The translations under genes and the position numbers were made by a program. Below the pieces are notes generated by a model. That model ran no database searches and was not told the DNA's origin. It saw nothing but the letters and a program-made list of their open reading frames with translations. This document shows positions 47,142 to 56,566 of a stretch of DNA of 64,000 bases, in pieces. Numbering within the stretch: the stretch's first letter is position 1; every line of letters starts with the position of its first letter. The stretch spans positions 15,198-79,197 of the forward strand of contig DASTKA010000867.1 in assembly GCA_035716165.1 (NCBI GenBank), written 5' to 3'. The DNA comes from Mycobacterium sp. GTDB lineage: Bacteria; Actinomycetota; Actinomycetes; Mycobacteriales; Mycobacteriaceae.

Positions 47142-47567
47142 CTACTTCGTCTCGCTGTACCACGCCGGGATCCGCATGATCGCGATCGACCACCGATGCT
47201 CGGTTGCCTTGCCGAGCACCGCCTGAGCCAGCTGCGTGATCACTGGCTCGTCGCTGGCCGAGCCGCCGAAGGACTTCATCTCGAGGATCCCCTGGGCGAC
47301 GTCGCCGAGCGCTGCGAGCGGCACGCTGCCGGCGTCCTTAGCTGACCAGATCTTCACCTGCAGGTAGACCTGGCGCTGCACCCGGCGCGTGCCGGCGCGG
47401 CCGAGCGTCATCTGCCGGCTGGTCGTCGGCGTGATCGTCAGCGACACGTAGGCGTCGGCCGTTGGCTGCGCCTCGTTCTCGAGCCACACCGGGACGTCCG
47501 GCCGCTGCGCGCGCCAGCCGGTGACGAACGCTGCGCTGACGACCTCGCGCATTTGCGACTCGGTCAT
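47142..47567 (-). CDS. Tail terminator-like protein
   Basis: VWLENE...YLQVKIW...G pattern; precedes tube gene. Confidence 0.7.
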   Translation of the reverse strand: MTESQMREVVSAAFVTGWRAQRPDVPVWLENEAQPTADAYVSLTITPTTSRQMTLGRAGTRRVQRQVYLQVKIWSAKDAGSVPLAALGDVAQGILEMKSFGGSASDEPVITQLAQAVLGKATEHRWSIAIMRIPAWYSETK

Positions 47568-47821
47568 CGCTGGCACCACACAGACGCGCCGTCCTGCCTG
47601 GGGGTCGCGCCGCCGGTGCAGTAGATGCGGCCGGGCAGTGACCGATCGTCGGCCGGTGACCTGCGCGCCGCGGCATCGTGAAGGTCGTCCACTGGCCGGC
47701 CGAGCACCGGCCGCGGATCGAACAGCCCATCCGGTCGAACGCCGTTGACGTACCAGCCGGCTGGCGCGCGACACGCCGCGGGCCGCACGAGGAGGCACCA
47801 TGCGAGCAGCGCGCGGCTCAC
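47564..47821 (-). CDS. Small exported hypothetical protein
   Basis: Hydrophobic N-terminus with Cys; overlaps both neighbours. Confidence 0.55.
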   Translation of the reverse strand: MSRALLAWCLLVRPAACRAPAGWYVNGVRPDGLFDPRPVLGRPVDDLHDAAARRSPADDRSLPGRIYCTGGATPRQDGASVWCQR

Positions 47822-48285
47822 CCATCACCACCCAGCGGCGAATACGCCGCCGCGATGCCCTGCGCGGCGAGCGCGCCGAAGTCGGTCACGCGCAGCGGCG
47901 ACGTGGCGTCGATGGTCACGCCGTAGGCCTGGCGGATCGCCTCAACCGCGGCGTCCATGGCGATCAGATCCCAGCCCGGCGCGGCCTGCGGCGAGCTGCC
48001 GAGGAGCAGGTACTGCAGGTAGGGCACGTTGTTGGTGACGTAGAGGTCGCCATCTCCGATGTGCCACGCCAGCACAGCCGCAATTCCGGCCGCCTGGGCG
48101 GTGCCGTCGTCCTCGCCGGCGAACGGCTCACCGACGCTCGGCACGAAGTTCCGCCGGTTGTGGCCGGTGTCGACCGGGGACGCCTCGGTGAGGTTCGCGG
48201 CGAGCTCGAGCGTCAGGGCGCGCGCCGCGGATTCGATCACGCTCAGCGCGTTGCCGATGGCGCGATCGATCTGCGGGTTACCCAC
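47818..48285 (-). CDS. HK97 gp10-like neck/tail-completion protein
   Basis: SPVDTG..R.N, YVTNNVPY..L..GSSPQAAPGW. Confidence 0.85.
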   Translation of the reverse strand: MGNPQIDRAIGNALSVIESAARALTLELAANLTEASPVDTGHNRRNFVPSVGEPFAGEDDGTAQAAGIAAVLAWHIGDGDLYVTNNVPYLQYLLLGSSPQAAPGWDLIAMDAAVEAIRQAYGVTIDATSPLRVTDFGALAAQGIAAAYSPLGGDG

Positions 48286-48289
48286 GGCG

Positions 48290-48541
48290 TCACCGCCGGT
48301 TGGCAGCGCGAGCCGGCGGTGCGGCTCGCGGCGCGGTCAGGCGCTCGAGATCGGCGTCGTCGACGGATGCCGGTCGGACGTGCGTCTCGATCAGATGGGC
48401 CATCCACAGCCCGCGCAGCGACATCCAGTGGACGCCGAGCGCGTGGTGCGGGAACTCGGCGCCGGCGGCGTACTGCTTGCCGTCGTACGTGAAGTCCTGC
48501 TTCGCGAACGCCGGAAGATGCGGATCGAACGTGCGCACCAT
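48290..48541 (-). CDS. Small head-associated protein
   Basis: FTYDGKQY.AG.EF; directly after capsid gene. Confidence 0.6.
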   Translation of the reverse strand: MVRTFDPHLPAFAKQDFTYDGKQYAAGAEFPHHALGVHWMSLRGLWMAHLIETHVRPASVDDADLERLTAPRAAPPARAANRR

Positions 48542-48545
48542 GGGT

Positions 48546-49583
48546 TCACACGTTGAAGTTGCGCATAAGCAGGCCGAGGTCGGCGGACACGACCTTCATG
48601 TCGGTGGCCATCTCGATCTCGTACCGCGTCGCCTTGCGGTCCTGGTTGTACCAGCGCGCGACGGTCTGGCCGAAGGTGCCGACGAGGCCATCGGCGATCC
48701 AGTCGAAGCTGTACAGCGCGCTCGGCGTGAACAGGCTCGGGGCCGGCGCGACGTAGAGCAGCAGGAGCTGGCCGTTGGTCGCCATGAAGTTCATGACATC
48801 GGCCTGGCCCTCGGCGCTGGTCGCCTCGACGCCGCGCGCGATAACGACCTTCTCGATGCCGAGCCATCCGGCCACCATCTGCAGCGAGATCTCCGCCGGA
48901 CCGCCCGGGGTCTGGCCGGCGTTCACGCGGCTGATCACGTTCGGGTGCTCACAGAAGATGTCCCACAGGTCGCGCGAGAAGATCGCGACGTTCGGGATGT
49001 ACCCGCTGTTCTGCTCGAACGCCTTGATCTGCGACTTGATCGCCTTGATCGGCAGCGCCGAGGCGTCGAGCCAGCCGAGCGTGTTGGCCGCGGTCGTGCC
49101 GCCGCCGCCGCTGTTCGCGCCGACGAGTTCGGTCGTCCACACGCCGGTCTTGAAGTACTTGCCGAGGAACAGCTTCTCGCGCCGGATGAGCGCCTTGTTC
49201 GTGCACAGCATCGTTGCCGCGCGATCGAGGTCCACCGGGTTGAGCGCGTTGGCCGAGACCTGCGGACCCATATCGGTGTGCCAGGCCCAGACGTCGGAGA
49301 AGTACTGCGGCGTGTTGTCGACCGAAAAACCGCCGCCGGCGGACTCCGATCCATCGGCGCGGAGTGCCATGTCGTCGCGGAAGAAGTAGCCGCGCGGATA
49401 CGCGATGTACTTTCCGCTCTGCGTCGCGACCTTGACACTCGGCGCGACGACGTTGGCGATCAGACTACCGGGGTTCTGCATGAACCCGACGCTGAGCTGA
49501 GTCAACTCGGGGACGACGTAAACATCGCTCGGGCCGGGTTGACCTCCCTTGCGAATCGCATTGAGACGGTGCGAGAAATCCAT
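48546..49583 (-). CDS. Major capsid protein (lambda gpE-like)
   Basis: LTQLSVGF.Q...IA..V.P.V.V..QSGKY, C-terminal DMKVVSADLG; CAGGAG SD. Confidence 0.9.
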   Translation of the reverse strand: MDFSHRLNAIRKGGQPGPSDVYVVPELTQLSVGFMQNPGSLIANVVAPSVKVATQSGKYIAYPRGYFFRDDMALRADGSESAGGGFSVDNTPQYFSDVWAWHTDMGPQVSANALNPVDLDRAATMLCTNKALIRREKLFLGKYFKTGVWTTELVGANSGGGGTTAANTLGWLDASALPIKAIKSQIKAFEQNSGYIPNVAIFSRDLWDIFCEHPNVISRVNAGQTPGGPAEISLQMVAGWLGIEKVVIARGVEATSAEGQADVMNFMATNGQLLLLYVAPAPSLFTPSALYSFDWIADGLVGTFGQTVARWYNQDRKATRYEIEMATDMKVVSADLGLLMRNFNV

Positions 49584-49630
49584 GACTAGTTACTCCTGGA
49601 GGCTTGAAAGCGGCACCCCGCCGCCAGGGG

Positions 49631-50341
49631 TCACGAGAGGCTGGAGCCCGTTCCGCCGATTGCGCTGGTCGCGCGCCATGCGGCGCCGTCCCACATCAAA
49701 TCGACGATGAAGCCGGTGGCCGTACCGAGCGCGAGCGTGGTCGCCGCCGATCCGGTGAGGGTCTTGAACGTGCCAGTGATGGTTCCGACCGGAGTGCCGG
49801 TCGCGACCGACTGCGCGATACGCTTCTGCTGGCCCGAGTAGATGCCCGCCGCGAGCGCGCCGGTCTTGGTGCCGGTCACCTGCGCGAACGTGGTGGGCGT
49901 CGTGTTGCTCGGCGGGGTCGTGCCGAGCACGATGTCGTCGAAGCCGGTGAGTGCCGCCGCGCCGGTGCCGCCGGTCAGCACGATCTCGCCGATGTCGTTG
50001 TTCGAGCCGCTCTTGACCGCGATCGCGACTTGCATACCGGCCGCGACGTCACTGCCCGATGCGGTGATGAACTTGCCGGCGCTGGTGACCTTGAGCGGAT
50101 CGGCTGCGGTGACCGTGCCGCCGTAGCGGGCCTTGATCTTGCCGTCCCCCATCGTCCAGATACCGCTCGCGAAGTTCGCGGACGGAGACGGGGTGATCGT
50201 GGTCAGTACGCCGAGGATCGTGCCATTGGCATTCGGCAGCACGACCTGGCCCGAGGTGTTGAGCGTGACGCCGCAGTACAGCGAGCCAGTCAGATCCGAG
50301 GCCGCCGGCAGCGTGATTGGATTTCGTTGATCGGTGCTCAT
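49631..50341 (-). CDS. Capsid decoration/cement protein with C-terminal extension
   Basis: DUF2190-like ITLPAASDL...GGTVTAADPLKVTSAGK; between scaffold and capsid genes. Confidence 0.7.
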   Translation of the reverse strand: MSTDQRNPITLPAASDLTGSLYCGVTLNTSGQVVLPNANGTILGVLTTITPSPSANFASGIWTMGDGKIKARYGGTVTAADPLKVTSAGKFITASGSDVAAGMQVAIAVKSGSNNDIGEIVLTGGTGAAALTGFDDIVLGTTPPSNTTPTTFAQVTGTKTGALAAGIYSGQQKRIAQSVATGTPVGTITGTFKTLTGSAATTLALGTATGFIVDLMWDGAAWRATSAIGGTGSSLS

Positions 50342-50363
50342 GGGATTCTCCTGTGGTCACCGC

Positions 50364-51035
50364 TCACGCGGCCCGGGTGGCCTCGGTCCAGAGCTTCTGG
50401 ATGTGGGAGTCTTCGGCGGTTGCCTTGACCAGCGCCGCCTCGTAGTTGGGCAGCCGGTGGTCCTGCTGGTACTTCATGACCGCGGCCCTGAGCGCGACCG
50501 ACGGAGTGTTCTCCTCGGCCGAGGCATCGACGCCGCGCGACTTGCTGAGCTCGGCGAGCGCGACGTCCGCCTGCTTGAGCGCCGCGACCGCCTCTTCGTA
50601 CTCGGCGCGATCCGAGAACTCTGCGTTGAGCGCCTTCATGATCCTGGCGCGCAGGTTTTTCTTCGCGCCCTTGGCGAAGTGGGCCATGTTCTCGCTGCCC
50701 GACTTATCGAACTCCATGTCGCGCTTGGCGATGTCGTTGTCGCGCGCGAGCTTGGTGGCCGCATCGGACTGCATCGCGAGCTGGACCAGTCGCGTGTCGT
50801 CGTTCTTGCGGAACTTCTCGCCGGTGTACGGCGACTCGTAGACGACGACGTTGGACTTCTCGATGTCGTCGAGTCGGCCGTCGCGGAGCGACGGGGTCAG
50901 GTTGAGGAACTCGACCTGATCGCTCTTGGCGAGCGACTCGAAATGGCGCCGCTGCCGATCGGTCAGCGTGGCCATCTTTGCGAGTCGGGAGTTCTCATCC
51001 CGCAGCTCGCGAATCTCATTGGTAGCGTCGGCCAT
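50364..51035 (-). CDS. Nested in-frame scaffold protein
   Basis: Internal late promoter motif at 51088, AAGGAG SD, ATG 51035. Confidence 0.65.
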   Translation of the reverse strand: MADATNEIRELRDENSRLAKMATLTDRQRRHFESLAKSDQVEFLNLTPSLRDGRLDDIEKSNVVVYESPYTGEKFRKNDDTRLVQLAMQSDAATKLARDNDIAKRDMEFDKSGSENMAHFAKGAKKNLRARIMKALNAEFSDRAEYEEAVAALKQADVALAELSKSRGVDASAEENTPSVALRAAVMKYQQDHRLPNYEAALVKATAEDSHIQKLWTEATRAA

Positions 51036-52250
51036 TTCGTTCTCCTTGGTGACACCCACGCTAGGAGTCGCTGCCGAGGGGGTCGAAATCCCCTTTGCGG
51101 CGCTGGCCGGGGGCTTGCTGCCGTCGGTGTCATCGGCGTCCGGATCGTCAGGTCCGGTCTCGCAGTCCGCACCGTTCATGGCGCTCGGCTTCGGCGTTGG
51201 CGCCGCAGGCTTCTGACCAACCGCCGCGCGCTTGTTCGCCGCATGCTGCTGGCCGAGTAGCTTCTCGGCCCGCACCTGCAGCCGATCGCGAACGTCTGCC
51301 GGCAGCGAGGACTGCGGGATCCGCCCGATGGCATCGCGCAGGTGCGGGATGTCGATCTTCCCGCTCGAGTCGCGGTACGGGAAGTGCCGCAGGCTCCGCG
51401 GCGTAGTCTTGCCGTCGGCGTCTTTCTTTCCGCCGCTCTCGATGTAGAGGAACGCCGAGTCGGGCAGCGTGTCCTTGTCGGCGGCGCTGAGCACTCCCTT
51501 GGCGGTACGCGTCGGCGCCCCAAGCGCGCCGATCGGCACCGACTGTTCGTAGCGGTTGCGGATGTGGACCGCCGGCGCCCGCTTCATCGCCTTGCCGCAG
51601 CCCTTGCAGGTCTCGTCGTCGGCCTTGCCGTACTGACCGCAGCCGGCACACTTCGCCTTGGTGGCGTCGTCCGGATCCGCGTCGGGCTCGGCGTCCGCGC
51701 CGTCGTCATTCGCGGCATCCGGCTTCGCCTTCACCACCTCGCGCTCGCCCACACCGCCGATCGAGAACGCGTTGAGTTCTTTCGAGAGAAACCGCTTGAA
51801 CGTCTCCGGCGACGGCTTCATCGCGATCGCCAAGCCGTGGGTGTCCGACTGGATGCCGAGCGCTGCGCACACCGCCTTGGTGAGCGGCATGGCAAACACG
51901 ATCTTGCCGTCGGGGTTCTCGTCGTGGAGCACGTCGTTCGCAGCCGACGCCTCCATGAACTCCGCGGCGATCTTGATCAGCTCGTCGTCTCCGACGATGG
52001 CGTCTTTCTGCAGGTCGACGTGCGGCGTCGCGCCACCATCGAGCGACGTGGCCAGCGCCCAACCGAAGACGAGACCGAGCTTCTCGTCGAGCTTGTACAC
52101 GTGGCAGGTCGCGTCGATGTCATCGCCAGCGGCGCCGGCCGGTGCGCGCTTGATCAGCGCGACGTTGGCGATCGGACCCTGCGCACCGGCATCCACCGCC
52201 GAGATGAACTTCAGGCTCTTGATTCGCAGTCGGAAATACGGCTCGGCCAT
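50364..52250 (-). CDS. XkdF-like prohead protease-scaffold fusion
   Basis: ISAVDAGAQ; KLDEKLGLVFGWA...VDLQKD...H...AFSIGG; helical C-terminus. Confidence 0.85.
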   Translation of the reverse strand: MAEPYFRLRIKSLKFISAVDAGAQGPIANVALIKRAPAGAAGDDIDATCHVYKLDEKLGLVFGWALATSLDGGATPHVDLQKDAIVGDDELIKIAAEFMEASAANDVLHDENPDGKIVFAMPLTKAVCAALGIQSDTHGLAIAMKPSPETFKRFLSKELNAFSIGGVGEREVVKAKPDAANDDGADAEPDADPDDATKAKCAGCGQYGKADDETCKGCGKAMKRAPAVHIRNRYEQSVPIGALGAPTRTAKGVLSAADKDTLPDSAFLYIESGGKKDADGKTTPRSLRHFPYRDSSGKIDIPHLRDAIGRIPQSSLPADVRDRLQVRAEKLLGQQHAANKRAAVGQKPAAPTPKPSAMNGADCETGPDDPDADDTDGSKPPASAAKGISTPSAATPSVGVTKENEMADATNEIRELRDENSRLAKMATLTDRQRRHFESLAKSDQVEFLNLTPSLRDGRLDDIEKSNVVVYESPYTGEKFRKNDDTRLVQLAMQSDAATKLARDNDIAKRDMEFDKSGSENMAHFAKGAKKNLRARIMKALNAEFSDRAEYEEAVAALKQADVALAELSKSRGVDASAEENTPSVALRAAVMKYQQDHRLPNYEAALVKATAEDSHIQKLWTEATRAA

Positions 52251-52286
52251 GAGGCAAGCCTCGTGCCGAGTAGCCGACGGGGGCGA

Positions 52287-53693
52287 TTACGCCAGGTGCG
52301 CCCGCAGCGCGGCTAGCATGCTCACGGCCTGCGCTTCCCAGTACCAGTCGGCGAGAGACTTCTTGGTCTTCCCCGCTGGCTTCGCCGGCAGCACAGTGGA
52401 CGCGCGCCCGCTGTACTTTGAGACTTCCTTGATCGCCTTGGCGGTCGCCTTCTGTTCCTCCTTAAGGGAGGCGATCTGGTCTTTGTAGTCTGGAGTATCG
52501 CGTTCCTCGATCTGTGCGCGCGCCTTGTCCTGTGCTCGCTCGCTGGCGGAATACGCGCGGCGATAGTCCTCCTGAGCTTGCTTGTCGGCCAAAAACTCAG
52601 GGTCGTACTTGTCCTCGTCTTCAACGTCAGCTCCGGTGATCTTGCTGCCGTCGTCGTTCTCTCCGTAATCGCGTTCGTGATGAGCAAACGCCTCGTGATT
52701 CACGGAGTGATCCGGTTCCATGTCGTCAAACTTGGACAGCGCCGCTTCCTGCGCTCCATTGCTCGTCTTCGACATCTCATTGAGCGCGGCGATGTGGGCT
52801 GTCTGGTGCTCGTGGAGCCGCTCGAGCGCGGACTGTGCAGTGTCGGCGCGCGATTTCAGCTCGGCTGCGTGCGAGCTCTTGGCTGCGTCGTAATCTGACT
52901 GCGCCTTGGCCTGCCATGCGTCGTGCTCCTGGAGCTGTCGCTCGTATTCTGGCGAGCCTTCCTCGTGGTCGCCTTCATCGGGATGCGCAACGCGATCTTC
53001 GCGGTCTTCGATGTTCCCAGGAAATTCCGGCGCCTCACGAGGCACGTGATCGCTATCTCCATACCCGCCATGACTCGAGTCCAGAGTCTGCTGCGTTTCG
53101 CCGAACTCGTCATGGAGATGAGTATGCTGGAACTCGAGCTCTTTCTCGGACTCGTTTCCCTCGTGCTGCATCGCGTGCAGATCGTCGAGCGCGTTCAGTG
53201 CCTCGTGGTGCGCATGGTCGAGTGCCTCGGCATGCGCAGTATGCTGCGCGTTGCGGGCATCAGCAGCCGCCGTGTACTCGTCTGCGATCTTGGTAGCTTC
53301 GGGGGATACGTGACCAGCCGCGATTGCAGCATGCATTTCGCGATCGGCGGCGGCCTCGCGCTCGGCCCGTAGGGCGGCGAAGTGCGCATGCTCTGCCGCG
53401 GCGTTTTCAAAGCCACGGGATTTTGCGTCTGCGTCAGCGTGGATGGACTCAACGTGACTGCGGACAGCCGCGGTCGCCGCCTGATCGACAAACTGCGGCG
53501 AGGCGTGTGGCCCGAAATTGGCGCGGGATTCGGCGTCGATTTGGTGCAGTCGCGCGCCGTGCTCCGCCATGAACTTCGGATCGCGCAGCGATTCATCGAT
53601 TCGTGCGTCGCCAGCGTAGCCACCGCCGCCGCTTGTCCACTTGCCACCCTCGTCCCGCGGCTCATCCGGATCGTACTTGCTGATCTTCGCCAC
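52287..53693 (-). CDS. Acidic helical head-associated protein with KYDPDEPRDEGGKWT N-terminal motif
   Basis: Late promoter motif upstream; lies between MuF and protease genes. Confidence 0.75.
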   Translation of the reverse strand: MAKISKYDPDEPRDEGGKWTSGGGGYAGDARIDESLRDPKFMAEHGARLHQIDAESRANFGPHASPQFVDQAATAAVRSHVESIHADADAKSRGFENAAAEHAHFAALRAEREAAADREMHAAIAAGHVSPEATKIADEYTAAADARNAQHTAHAEALDHAHHEALNALDDLHAMQHEGNESEKELEFQHTHLHDEFGETQQTLDSSHGGYGDSDHVPREAPEFPGNIEDREDRVAHPDEGDHEEGSPEYERQLQEHDAWQAKAQSDYDAAKSSHAAELKSRADTAQSALERLHEHQTAHIAALNEMSKTSNGAQEAALSKFDDMEPDHSVNHEAFAHHERDYGENDDGSKITGADVEDEDKYDPEFLADKQAQEDYRRAYSASERAQDKARAQIEERDTPDYKDQIASLKEEQKATAKAIKEVSKYSGRASTVLPAKPAGKTKKSLADWYWEAQAVSMLAALRAHLA

Positions 53694-53729
53694 GACGCCC
53701 AGGGTCGCGCGCGGCTGATACCGGGGCGA

Positions 53730-54731
53730 TTACGCGGCCATACGAGAGCGTGGCCGCACACGCACAGTTCGCGCGCAGCCGCAGTTCGCGGTCTCATCGA
53801 CCGGCGCGTCCGGATCTCCCGGGTAGAGGAGCTCGCGGCCCTTGCCGCTGAGAAACGGCTCGCCCCAGCCACGCGTCTGGCCGTTCATCGAGACGTGGAA
53901 CTCGCGATCTTGGCGCTTACCGCGAGGCCGGCCGTGAACCCACGTGCAGATCAGCTGGTCGGCCTGCAGGTCACCGCTGGCGATCGCCTGCTCGTAGGCA
54001 TCCGTGGTGCCGGCGCCGACGATCCGCGCCGCCTCGGTCCGGGCGATCGTCTCAGCGCGGTAGGCGACCATCGCGTCGCGGTATCTCGAGACAGCGGCGT
54101 CGATCTGCTCTGAGCTGAGCGTCCCGTCACGCGCTGCGGCCGCGCGCAGGGTCCGTGCCGTGCGGCCGTCGACCAGCTGGCGATCCGCCGCGGCGGCGTA
54201 TTGGCCTGCGCGCAGCGACCGTTCGAAGTTCGCGACCCACTGGAGCTGCGTCTCGGACAGGCCGATCGACTCCTGGATCGTGCGCGCCGTGACGAGCGGG
54301 TTCTCGCCGGTCTCCTGCGCCACCGACAGTGCATAGCGGATCATGATCCGCTGCTCGGCCGTGATGTCGCGGATCAGGTCGAGCCGGTTCTGCTCGGCCC
54401 AGTTCAGCACGCCGGGCGCGATCGGATCGAAGTGCACCACATCGGCATCGGACTGGTCCTTGCGGATTGGCACCGGCTGCGGGCCGCCGAGCTGGTGCGT
54501 GATGTCCTCGGCGACCGCGGCGCCGGTGGCGACGAACTGCTGCGCGTACCCGACGGCGAGCGCTCTGACCGCGTTGTCGACGCCGGCGAGCGGATCGAAG
54601 CGGTGCAGTCTCCCGGCGAGCTCCGCCGGCGGGTTCGCGCCGCGCATGCGCTGCACAGACGCGAGCCAGGCGCGGCGCAGGTGGGCCGCGGCGGTGTCGG
54701 TCAGGTCGAGCGCGGCGGTCGCGGTCCGCAT
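53730..54731 (-). CDS. MuF-like minor head protein
   Basis: RAETIARTE, R..H..MNGQ...F...LLYPGDP.AP..ET.NCGC. Confidence 0.88.
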   Translation of the reverse strand: MRTATAALDLTDTAAAHLRRAWLASVQRMRGANPPAELAGRLHRFDPLAGVDNAVRALAVGYAQQFVATGAAVAEDITHQLGGPQPVPIRKDQSDADVVHFDPIAPGVLNWAEQNRLDLIRDITAEQRIMIRYALSVAQETGENPLVTARTIQESIGLSETQLQWVANFERSLRAGQYAAAADRQLVDGRTARTLRAAAARDGTLSSEQIDAAVSRYRDAMVAYRAETIARTEAARIVGAGTTDAYEQAIASGDLQADQLICTWVHGRPRGKRQDREFHVSMNGQTRGWGEPFLSGKGRELLYPGDPDAPVDETANCGCARTVRVRPRSRMAA

Positions 54732-54732
54732 G

Positions 54733-55131
54733 TCACGCTGTGGTTCGGCAGATCCACGCTGCCTGGACCGGATCCGCCGTCACGCTGCCCTCTTCCTGGT
54801 CGACGGTGAGCGTCTCGGTCACGCCGGCCGCGTTCGCGATCGCGATCCGATCGCCCGGCCGCGGCGTTACTCCCGACGGCAGCGTCGCGCCGAAGATCAG
54901 CACGGTCCGCGTCTGCACCTGAATCTGTGTGTCGGGCAGCGTCGCGGTGCCGAACGCCGTGACGAGCCCGGTTGCCGAGTACGAGGCGACGGTCGGGTTC
55001 GTGCCCTGGGCGACGGCGCCGGGGTTGCGGGTCCCGGGCGTGGACTGCGTCAACGTCAGGGAGCGCACGCCGAGCGGCTTGCCGGCCTTGCCGAAGGCGG
55101 AGGCGAGCGTCTTGGCGATGTTGATCGGCAT
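54733..55131 (-). CDS. Head-tail joining (head closure) protein
   Basis: PRPGDRI, DPVQAAW motifs; follows adaptor gene. Confidence 0.7.
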   Translation of the reverse strand: MPINIAKTLASAFGKAGKPLGVRSLTLTQSTPGTRNPGAVAQGTNPTVASYSATGLVTAFGTATLPDTQIQVQTRTVLIFGATLPSGVTPRPGDRIAIANAAGVTETLTVDQEEGSVTADPVQAAWICRTTA

Positions 55132-55382
55132 CAGCGCGCCGCCGCACGCGCCCGGATCGCGTCACCCCGCGCAACCCACGCCGCCGCAGCCGACTGGAGC
55201 TCCGCCTCCTTGGCGATCGCGACCTGGCCGAGGTGTGCACCGCTCGCGTGGATCGACGCGCGGACGTCGTAGATCCGTTGGTACAGGTCGCTCGTGCCGT
55301 CACAGGTGTGCAGGTCCCGACAGAGCTCGGTGACGAGCTTGCACGTGGCGTCCCAGTCGTGCTCGACGTTCTCGGAGTGCAT
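55131..55382 (-). CDS. Hypothetical protein
   Basis: Late promoter variant 38 nt upstream; TGATG coupling. Confidence 0.6.
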   Translation of the reverse strand: MHSENVEHDWDATCKLVTELCRDLHTCDGTSDLYQRIYDVRASIHASGAHLGQVAIAKEAELQSAAAAWVARGDAIRARAAAR

Positions 55383-55403
55383 GCGACGAGCGTCGCCGAG
55401 GGG

Positions 55404-55898
55404 TCAGCGACGGGGCGAGATCGACGCGCGCGCCGGCCGAAGGTCAAGGATTTGAAGCGGAACACGAAGCACGCCATCGGGTGCTGCTTCGTTGACCAGG
55501 AACACATCACCCTCGGTCGCCATCACATGAACCGGGCGCCAGCGGCCATCCATCCGCGCCTCACAGAACGTGCCGACCATCGGACGCCAAGAATCCGACG
55601 ACCTCACCGCATCTATGGCATCAGCCGCGTCGTTGAGCCACTGCAGCATCTCATCACGATCGGCCGAATTCGCCCACGCACGGATCGCCCAGCGAATCCG
55701 TTGAGCTGGACTCGGCGACCGAGGTGCGCTCTGCTCGCGTCGGCGGTCCCGCTGGCACTGTTCCGCCGGGCAGTACCAATTGCCGAGAGACTTGATCGCG
55801 AATTGATCGCGGTTTGTCTGCCGCGATCCGCACGTGCCGCAGAATAGGCCGCAACAGCAGGTGCACTCGAAACCGGAGGTACAGCGGTGTTTGTCCAT
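55404..55898 (-). CDS. Cys-rich hypothetical protein
   Basis: TATGGT-N7-ATG; CTCCCGLFCGTCG. Confidence 0.55.
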   Translation of the reverse strand: MDKHRCTSGFECTCCCGLFCGTCGSRQTNRDQFAIKSLGNWYCPAEQCQRDRRREQSAPRSPSPAQRIRWAIRAWANSADRDEMLQWLNDAADAIDAVRSSDSWRPMVGTFCEARMDGRWRPVHVMATEGDVFLVNEAAPDGVLRVPLQILDLRPARASISPRR

Positions 55899-55927
55899 GC
55901 CGCTCACCATACCACCCGCCGCGTCAG

Positions 55928-56566
55928 CTACAGCGGCCACCGCAACGTCGGCGTGCCGCGGAAGCACGAGCACCCAGTCAGCGACCCGCACGCCGAGCAT
56001 CCCGTGTCGCTGAAATCGCTCCGGCCGTCCACCCCAGTCGCGAACCCGCCCACGGTGCCCGCGTTGCGCGCCAGCCAGCGGCCGATCAGTCGATCGATCA
56101 CGGTCGGCAACACCGTCGCGTTGCCGTCGGCTACCGACTGCGGCCGGAAGAACGACAAGTTCGCCGGGCCGGCGCCGAGGCTCTGCACGTTGGAGCCCTG
56201 GTCGGCGTTCTGGGCCGCCGAGTTATCCCCTGACAGGATCGCGGCCATCTCGAACGCCGCTTCGACGACCACCGCCGGCACGGTCGTGCTGTCGACCGCC
56301 GCCCCGGTGCTGTCGGTGAGCCCGGAGCGTGGGAACTGGAGCGTGGTCGGCGTGGCGCCGACAAGCCCGGTGCGCGCGCCAGCCCACGATTGCTGATCGA
56401 GGTAGCGCGTCGCGTTGGCCAGTCGCTTCTTCTGGCTGTCCGAGTCGAGTCCCAGGAACGCAACCGCGCCGTCGTCGACGTTCCAGGTCAGGTAGTCGAT
56501 CGCCGCGGCGAGGCCGCCGTAGACCTCCACGGACGATGAGCCGACGGTCTCGGTGAAGATGCTCAC
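55928..56566 (-). CDS. Head-tail adaptor (DnaT-like/gp15-type)
   Basis: L..ATRYLD...W.G...LQFPR...VP..V..AAFEMA. Confidence 0.8.
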   Translation of the reverse strand: MSIFTETVGSSSVEVYGGLAAAIDYLTWNVDDGAVAFLGLDSDSQKKRLANATRYLDQQSWAGARTGLVGATPTTLQFPRSGLTDSTGAAVDSTTVPAVVVEAAFEMAAILSGDNSAAQNADQGSNVQSLGAGPANLSFFRPQSVADGNATVLPTVIDRLIGRWLARNAGTVGGFATGVDGRSDFSDTGCSACGSLTGCSCFRGTPTLRWPL

